Below, piece by piece: positions 48,267-53,581 of a stretch of DNA of 62,824 nucleotides. The stretch covers positions 1 through 62,824 of the forward strand of contig JAGVXF010000010.1 of the NCBI GenBank assembly GCA_018303925.1. Direction: 5' to 3'. A model generated the notes under the pieces. That model made no database searches and had not been told where the DNA came from. It worked only from the letters and a program-made list of their open reading frames with translations. This stretch comes from Candidatus Pacearchaeota archaeon. Its GTDB lineage: Archaea; Nanobdellota; Nanobdellia; Pacearchaeales; GW2011-AR1. Each line of letters starts with the position of its first letter. Within the stretch, counting starts at the first letter, position 1. Both the position numbers and the translations under genes were made by a program.

Positions 48267-48980
48267 TTATTTTTCCATCCTTTCTAGTGTTATTTCTGGG
48301 AGTCCAAATTTATCAGCTAATAAAATATAAAATCCTTCTGTTAAAACATTTAATTCATTTATTTCCATCATGAATTTGACTAAGGGCATCTCTCTAGGGT
48401 TTGTATCGAATATATCGGAACACAACTTTAACTTTCCACCTTGACCATGTTCCCAAAAGAAAGTATAATGTGTAAGGGAATTCCTTGTTCCAGAATCAAA
48501 ATAATTTAGATATTTGTTTGTAGAATATTTTTGTTTTAGGAAATTGATAGCGTTTCCAATACCATGGATTTCTTTATGATTCTTCCCAAATTTTTTCCAA
48601 TCAATAAAGAATAAAAAATAAATTTTTAATCTCTCTAAAAAAGTAACATATGTGTTTACCAAGATAGAATGATAATGTTCTCCCAATCTAAAAGTGTCTC
48701 CAATATTAAATGCTTTTTTTAAGCATTCTAATTTTTCTTCAGTTTCTTTTTTATTGCTTGAATTAAATACTGAACCAAAATCTTTAGATAATTTTAAAGC
48801 CATATTACAACTTTTTGTAATATTCTGTAATCTTGTTACCTGTTCTTCTGAGAAATTTCTTAACAAAAGTCCATCTGAATCAAGATTATTAATTAGTTCC
48901 TTAATTGAGATTTCATAATCTTCAAAAAATTTTCTTAATCCGCTTCCCATCCCAGATTTAAAATTTTCGATGCTTGTCAT
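48267..48980 (-). CDS. Hypothetical helical protein in the R-M module with an Rx4H motif (possible HEPN-like)
   Basis: GTRNSLTHYTFFW contains R-x4-H. It is co-oriented and contiguous with the putative endonuclease gene. Confidence 0.35.
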   Translation of the reverse strand: MTSIENFKSGMGSGLRKFFEDYEISIKELINNLDSDGLLLRNFSEEQVTRLQNITKSCNMALKLSKDFGSVFNSSNKKETEEKLECLKKAFNIGDTFRLGEHYHSILVNTYVTFLERLKIYFLFFIDWKKFGKNHKEIHGIGNAINFLKQKYSTNKYLNYFDSGTRNSLTHYTFFWEHGQGGKLKLCSDIFDTNPREMPLVKFMMEINELNVLTEGFYILLADKFGLPEITLERMEK

Positions 48981-49754
48981 TTAAACATCCATTTTCTTTT
49001 CAGCAACTTCTTTTATCTTATTCTGTATTTTTTCCTTAAACTCTTTACCAACTTCATCAAAGATTTCTAAAACTTCTTCATAAGTTCCTTTTCCACCAAG
49101 AAGTTCCCAGAATTTTTCAGCAACATAAAGCTCTTTTTCTTCATCCAAAAATCCTTGCATTGTAAATCTGTTATATGGTTCTGGATGATAAGGATTATAA
49201 GGAATAGCCAAAATTGTATTTACTTTCTTTTTTCTGAGTGCAACCCATTCCAATAACTTCTGCTTTGATTTAACAAAAACATCTATATTGGGTTTTGCTG
49301 TTTTTATCTCAATATAATATTCATCATTGCCTTTCTTTAAGAATAAATCGGCTCTGACTTTTATTTTTCTTCCACCATTTTTGTTACATTGCAAAATATC
49401 TTTTATTTCTTTTTCTTTATTTGCAGTTCTTGTTCCATTCTTTATTTCTTGAAGAATCTGGGAAATTACAGAGTTCTCTTCATTTGTAATTTCTCCCTCA
49501 ACATCATAACCAGTTTTTACTTCATCGTAATGAGCTAATGCGACAATTTCAGAAATTTTCTCATAAACTGACATTCCCAATGTTGTAGCTAATGAATGTA
49601 TGAAAGAATAAGAAGCTACTTTTTCGGAATCTTGCATAAGTTTAACCAAAAAAGGCATAGAGGTTGTTTCTCTTACATATTTGGACAACTTGTCATTTAG
49701 TTTTGACCTTAGCAAATTCTTGATTTCGTTAATTTGATTTTCATTGAGTGTCAT
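48981..49754 (-). CDS. Putative type II restriction endonuclease (PD-(D/E)XK; possibly TdeIII-like)
   Basis: VRADLFLKKGNDEYYIEIKTAKPN gives a D...E-x-K catalytic pattern. It is convergent with the methyltransferase. Confidence 0.5.
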   Translation of the reverse strand: MTLNENQINEIKNLLRSKLNDKLSKYVRETTSMPFLVKLMQDSEKVASYSFIHSLATTLGMSVYEKISEIVALAHYDEVKTGYDVEGEITNEENSVISQILQEIKNGTRTANKEKEIKDILQCNKNGGRKIKVRADLFLKKGNDEYYIEIKTAKPNIDVFVKSKQKLLEWVALRKKKVNTILAIPYNPYHPEPYNRFTMQGFLDEEKELYVAEKFWELLGGKGTYEEVLEIFDEVGKEFKEKIQNKIKEVAEKKMDV

Positions 49755-49865
49755 CTTAATAAGAAAGATTGCCTTTTATTTATAAATGCTATTATTTACG
49801 TAACCGAAACCCCCTCTTTCTTTAATAAAAAACAAGAAAAATATTTGGGTGCAACGAAGTGAAAC

Positions 49866-49926
49866 CTCTTATCGTTTGTTAGGCGAAATTTTAATTTCGT
49901 GAGTTCTCTCGTTGGTTCGATAAGAG
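49866..49926 (+). repeat. Family-2 hairpin, copy a (GTTAGGC in the loop)
   Basis: CTCTTATCG-ttt-GTTAGGC...(33 nt)...CGATAAGAG with a perfect 9-bp stem and an inner GAAAT/ATTTC hairpin. Confidence 0.6.
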
Positions 49927-50065
49927 AAGTATTTTTCTGTTTTTACAATCGAGCAAACCACAGTTTGCGAGACTATCTGTCGCGTGAGCGACTTCGAGCC
50001 GATCCCCTAATTTTTCTGAAAGAAAAATATTCGTAATCGTTTTCGAGCCCACCGAGTAATATGTC

Positions 50066-50193
50066 GCCTAACATCGCGATTAAGCGACCCGTAGGGCTCG
50101 GGCGGAGTGAAACGACCCCGAGTGTTTTTGCGAAGCAAAAATATGGGTGGAAAAACCTGCAAGGTTTTGGAACCGCTTAATCTGCTGTTAGTT
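50066..50193 (+). repeat. attC-like site D
   Basis: GCCTAAC-ATCGCG-ATTAAGCG...CGCTTAAT-CTGCT-GTTAGTT. The centre holds four small hairpins, including TTTTTGCGAAGCAAAAA and AAAACC-TGCA-AGGTTTT. Confidence 0.7.
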
Positions 50194-50198
50194 TCTCC

Positions 50199-50247
50199 CG
50201 AATACTTGGAGGGATTGATTTTTAGTGCAACGATGCCGAAGGCAAAA
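50199..50247 (+). repeat. 49-nt conserved block, copy 2
   Basis: CGAATACTTGGAGGGATTGATTTTTAGTGCAACGATGCCGAAGGCAAAA. Confidence 0.9.
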
Positions 50248-50302
50248 AATCAAAGTCGTCGTGTCTATTGTTTTTTATGGGGGTTTACGCCGCCGTTTTT
50301 TG

Positions 50303-50323
50303 CTTCTTTTTTTAAAAAAGAAG
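50303..50323. repeat. T/A palindrome CTTCTTTTTT-T-AAAAAAGAAG plus G-run (block 2, copy 2)
   Basis: Perfect 10-bp arms, followed by GTGGGG. Confidence 0.85.
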
Positions 50324-50355
50324 AGTGGGGATTTCCGTTTAATGACCAAAAGATA

Positions 50356-50363
50356 TTTAAATA
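50356..50363 (+). promoter_or_regulatory. TATA box for the ArsR operon
   Basis: TTTAAATA lies 24 nt upstream of the ATG at 50387. Confidence 0.5.
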
Positions 50364-50386
50364 TTAGCTTATTCTAATACAAGAAT

Positions 50387-50701
50387 ATGAAAGAACTATA
50401 TGAAATTCATGCTGAAATGTGCAAAGTATTTTCAAATTCAACAAGGTTGGAAATATTGAATTTATTGAGAGATAAAGAATTATCAGTAACAGAATTGATA
50501 AAAAAGACAAGATTAAGTCAAGCCAATATCTCCCAGCATTTGTCAATTATGAAATCCAAAGGAATTGTTGTCTCAAATAGAAAGGGCAAGAATATCTATT
50601 ACAGACTCACAAATCCAAAAATAATCAAAGCATTTGATATAATAAGAGATGTTTTGGCTGAAAAATTAAAGAAAAATGGGAAATATGTTAAAAACTTATG
50701 A
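50387..50701 (+). CDS. ArsR/SmtB-family HTH regulator
   Basis: FSNSTRLEILNLL...ELSVTELIKKTRLSQANISQHLSIMKSKGIV winged-HTH pattern. Confidence 0.85.
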   Translation: MKELYEIHAEMCKVFSNSTRLEILNLLRDKELSVTELIKKTRLSQANISQHLSIMKSKGIVVSNRKGKNIYYRLTNPKIIKAFDIIRDVLAEKLKKNGKYVKNL

Positions 50702-50710
50702 GGTGCTAGA

Positions 50711-51274
50711 ATGAAAAAGATATTTACAATCTTGATTTTCGGTATGTTGTTATTAAGTGTAAGTTTAGTTTTTGCTCACGAACATGATTTTAATGAAACA
50801 AAACAAATTATAAATTCTGGAATTAGTTGCGATAAACTCACAGATGAACAGCTTGAATCCATTGGTGATTATTATATGGAGCAAATGCACCCTGGCGAAG
50901 CCCATAAGATGATGGATCAAATGATGGGTGGAGAAGGTTCTGAAAGTTTAAGACAAGTACAGATTAACATGGCAAAACGGCTTTATTGTAATGAAGATAT
51001 CGGAGGAATGATGGGTGGTGGCATGATGAATATGATGATGGGAAATAATATGATGGGAAACTATCCAGCATATTATGGTTATAATAATTTTTGGAATGTA
51101 CTTTGGATGGTTTTTTTAATAGGAGCAATTGCGCTGATAGTTTGGCTGATTTATAAATTTACAAAAAAAGGGAAAGAATCTGAAACTCCAATTAATATTT
51201 TACAGAAAAGATATGCTAAAGGAGAAATAAACAAAAAACAATTTGAGGAAATGAAAAAGGGGTTAAGGAAGTGA
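50711..51274 (+). CDS. Secreted Met/Gly-rich protein with a TM anchor and a C-terminal SHOCT domain
   Basis: Signal-like N-terminus, MMGGGMMNMMMGNNMMG tract, one TM segment, then ILQKRYAKGEINKKQFEEMKKGL (SHOCT-like). Confidence 0.6.
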   Translation: MKKIFTILIFGMLLLSVSLVFAHEHDFNETKQIINSGISCDKLTDEQLESIGDYYMEQMHPGEAHKMMDQMMGGEGSESLRQVQINMAKRLYCNEDIGGMMGGGMMNMMMGNNMMGNYPAYYGYNNFWNVLWMVFLIGAIALIVWLIYKFTKKGKESETPINILQKRYAKGEINKKQFEEMKKGLRK

Positions 51275-51582
51275 GGCTCATGGAAAAAGATAAAAGCACA
51301 TTGGTATGGATTTTCATTGCTGTAATTGTTGTTCTTTTTTTCATAGGAAGTTTTGGAATGGGCAGTTATGGTATGATAGGTTTCGGAATGGGATTTGGAT
51401 TTATTTTCATGTTGCTTTTCTGGGGTCTTATTATATGGCTTATAGTCACTTTAATCAATACGAGCCAATCCAATAAAAGTGAGCCAGATTCATTAACAAT
51501 CCTAAAAAGAAGATATGCTTCTGGAGAAATCACAAAGAGGCAATATGAAGAAATGAGGAAGGAATTAAACATCGGAATTTAA
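51271..51582 (+). CDS. Small membrane protein with a C-terminal SHOCT domain
   Basis: Two TM segments and ILKRRYASGEITKRQYEEMRKEL. The last codons lie inside attC-like site E. Confidence 0.6.
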   Translation: MRLMEKDKSTLVWIFIAVIVVLFFIGSFGMGSYGMIGFGMGFGFIFMLLFWGLIIWLIVTLINTSQSNKSEPDSLTILKRRYASGEITKRQYEEMRKELNIGI

Positions 51583-51652
51583 CGAAGTCGCCAAAGGCGA
51601 TTTGGGTGGAGAAGCCTGCAAGGTTTCGGAACCGTTAAATTTCCTGTTAGTT
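51564..51652 (+). repeat. attC-like site E
   Basis: ATTAAAC-ATCGG-AATTTAACG...CGTTAAATT-TCCT-GTTAGTT with a 9-bp perfect inner stem. The centre has TCGCC-AAA-GGCGA and the CCTGCAAGG hairpin shared with site D. Confidence 0.7.
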
Positions 51653-51719
51653 GCGTCTTTTCGTAGAAAAGACCTAGGGATAGTGCAACGATTTTTGCGA
51701 AGCAAAAAATCCCGAAGAG

Positions 51720-51734
51720 TTTAGAATTACCACA
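51720..51734. repeat. Left copy of a 15-bp perfect inverted repeat bracketing ORF 51735-52010
   Basis: TTTAGAATTACCACA. The reverse complement lies at 52046-52060. Confidence 0.9.
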
Positions 51735-52010
51735 CTATCGTTTTTTATATTTCAATTTTAATGCTAAAATTAGAATTATTGCACAAGATACAAAATTTAA
51801 TCCTGTAACAATTTCCAACAATAAATCAGAGATTACTAAAAGTGCATAAAGAAAAGTAATAAGACTACAAAAAGTCCAAATGATGTAAGAATTGATATTT
51901 GCACTTGCTATTTTTTTCATTAAATCTCTTATTGTTGGAAAGTATCCTATCGTTGCAATAATTCCTGTACTCGCATAAAGAAAGGCAATAATTGTTAATA
52001 TGAATTCCAT
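51735..52010 (-). CDS. SemiSWEET/PQ-loop-like 3-TM protein
   Basis: 91 aa with three hydrophobic helices. GYFPTIRDLMKK sits at the position of the PQ motif. Resembles the 20013-20369 product in layout. Confidence 0.5.
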   Translation of the reverse strand: MEFILTIIAFLYASTGIIATIGYFPTIRDLMKKIASANINSYIIWTFCSLITFLYALLVISDLLLEIVTGLNFVSCAIILILALKLKYKKR

Positions 52011-52045
52011 AATACATTTATTAAAATTGAAATGAATATAAAGTT

Positions 52046-52060
52046 TGTGGTAATTCTAAA
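52046..52060. repeat. Right copy of the 15-bp perfect inverted repeat
   Basis: TGTGGTAATTCTAAA is the reverse complement of 51720-51734. Confidence 0.9.
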
Positions 52061-52064
52061 TTGC

Positions 52065-52201
52065 AACTAACATCGCGATTAAGAGAAGTTGTTTGCAGTA
52101 ACTTTAATCTATAAATAGGCAAACAATTTGGGCTAATTTCTGGTTTTCACTAAGAAAATTTGCGAAGCAAAAAGAAATTACCTCTTAATCTGCTGTTGCT
52201 T
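52065..52201 (+). repeat. attC-like site F
   Basis: AACTAAC-ATCGCG-ATTAAGAG...CTCTTAAT-CTGCT-GTTGCTT. The arms are as in site D, with a compensatory C:G to A:T change. The centre differs (TTGTTTGC/GCAAACAA hairpin and TTTGCGAAGCAAA). Confidence 0.7.
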
Positions 52202-52288
52202 GACCGAACGAAGTGAGGCACGAGTGGAGCAAGAAGCGACCTCGTGAGTTTTAATTTTTCTTTCAGGGTGGGGCCCGCCCGCTTTTTG

Positions 52289-52310
52289 TTTCTTTTTTTC
52301 TAAAAAGAAA
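52289..52310. repeat. T/A palindrome TTTCTTTTT-TTCT-AAAAAGAAA plus G-run (block 2, copy 3)
   Basis: Perfect 9-bp arms, followed by ATGGGGGAG. Confidence 0.8.
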
Positions 52311-52323
52311 ATGGGGGAGTTTT

Positions 52324-53007
52324 TTATCTTCCAATTTTTTGTAAAAATTCTTCTCTTGTAATTTCTTTAAGAGTCTTCAAATCAAGATAATAATTCTTTG
52401 GTTCAACTTCAACTTGCATTGACAAAGAATTTATTTTACCGCAATCACATTCTATAACATAAAAATTAGGTGTGTCAGAAGTGTAGCTCATTAAGTTACC
52501 CCCACATTTAAGAGAACATATTTCGTTTGATTCTGAATTAGTAAGAACACTTGTCTTAGGATAACCTTTTTGATTAGCCAATTCTATAAATGAATTTTCT
52601 GCCTTAATGGTTTGAGAATTTTCAACAATACCATTAATCTTATTTGAAATTGAGGGATAGAATTGTAAGGATAGAACGATAATAATTAATAATACTATGA
52701 AAGATAACCAAAAGAATCCTTTTCTATTCTGTATTTTATATTTGTTTTTATGATAATCATCTTGAGATAAGGATTTAATTGACCAATAAATTTTCTTTCC
52801 ATTAAACATACAGATTAGCAAAATAAGAGGAATTGATATCATCAAAGCAGTAGCAGAATTATGATTAAATCCCAATGTCCTAATGTAATTATATGATAAA
52901 TATAATAAAAAGATTAAAAATCCAACAACGAAAAGATAAACAATCATCTTGTATTTTTCTTCTTGTTCTTCCCTTGTAATAAGTCTAACTTTAATAGGTT
53001 CTGCCAT
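52324..53007 (-). CDS. Hypothetical multi-TM protein with a Cys-containing extracytoplasmic C-terminal domain
   Basis: Four hydrophobic segments, then a soluble domain with CSLKCGG...CDCG. Confidence 0.5.
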   Translation of the reverse strand: MAEPIKVRLITREEQEEKYKMIVYLFVVGFLIFLLYLSYNYIRTLGFNHNSATALMISIPLILLICMFNGKKIYWSIKSLSQDDYHKNKYKIQNRKGFFWLSFIVLLIIIVLSLQFYPSISNKINGIVENSQTIKAENSFIELANQKGYPKTSVLTNSESNEICSLKCGGNLMSYTSDTPNFYVIECDCGKINSLSMQVEVEPKNYYLDLKTLKEITREEFLQKIGR

Positions 53008-53059
53008 AAAATAAATAGAAAAGCCAAACTTAATAAATATATGCTTCTAATTTGATTTT

Positions 53060-53269
53060 ATGGAACTAAAAAAACAAAAAGAAATTAGACAACACAAAGC
53101 AAATTTAGGCATAGGTGTTGCTGGAGGATTTGTCGCTGGTGGGAGTTTGCTTGCTTATCAAATATTAATACCATATGGTTTGGGTTATGCTCTTCTGGGA
53201 GCGGTTTTTGTTGCTTTAGTTATCTATAAAATGTCAGTTAAGATGATAGAGAAAAATGTTAATCGCTAA
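53060..53269 (+). CDS. Small 2-TM membrane protein
   Basis: 69 codons, Gly/Ala-rich helices. Confidence 0.4.
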   Translation: MELKKQKEIRQHKANLGIGVAGGFVAGGSLLAYQILIPYGLGYALLGAVFVALVIYKMSVKMIEKNVNR

Positions 53270-53315
53270 AACTCCCCCTAAATAAATAGAAAAATTTGGG
53301 AGAGCGACAGCGAAC

Positions 53316-53379
53316 CTTTTATCCATTGTTATGCAAAGTGCAAAGCATTTTGTTGTTTTTCTCGTCGGTCGGATAAAAG
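53316..53379 (+). repeat. Family-2 hairpin, copy b (GTTATGC in the loop)
   Basis: CTTTTATCC-att-GTTATGC...GGATAAAAG with a 9-bp stem. Two positions differ from copy a and both are compensated. Confidence 0.6.
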
Positions 53380-53496
53380 AAGTTTTTCTCTGAAACGAAG
53401 TTTCAGCTATCTGTCCGAAGGACTGCGGGCAATCTCTCACTATCTTTGGGCGGGAAAGAAAGAAAAATTAAAATTTGGGCGAAGCCAAGCAACATA

Positions 53497-53526
53497 AGAT
53501 TATCAATAGTTTATTATTGATAATCT
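53497..53526. other. Perfect 12-6-12 palindrome; candidate recombinase core site (dif/attI-like) or operator
   Basis: AGATTATCAATA-GTTTAT-TATTGATAATCT. It ends 25 nt upstream of the recombinase TATA box. Confidence 0.55.
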
Positions 53527-53551
53527 CCTAATTGGGCATGGAAACAATAAA

Positions 53552-53559
53552 TTTAAATA
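53552..53559 (+). promoter_or_regulatory. TATA box for the recombinase gene
   Basis: TTTAAATA lies 23 nt upstream of the ATG at 53582. Confidence 0.5.
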
Positions 53560-53581
53560 ATCGTCTTTCAATCGAATTTTA

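Larger units (their letters stand above)
44890..53526 (+). mobile_element. Integron-like / dif-module-like gene-cassette array between nrdJ and a Xer-type recombinase
   Basis: Six or more unrelated accessory modules are separated by attC-like structured repeats. Individual modules are bracketed by short perfect inverted repeats. A recombinase gene and a palindromic core-like site lie at the right end. Confidence 0.5.

Noticed and set aside
50107-50367. Track ORF of 86 aa across attC-like site D and the conserved block
   Set aside because: It is composed entirely of repeat, hairpin and promoter sequence that recurs at 46.2-46.5 kb, and it has no coding-like features.
44890-53526. CRISPR array as an explanation for the repeats
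   Set aside because: The repeats are 60-137 nt imperfect palindromes of variable length. They are separated by 0.3-3.9 kb of protein-coding DNA, not by 25-50 nt unique spacers at regular spacing. No cas operon is present.
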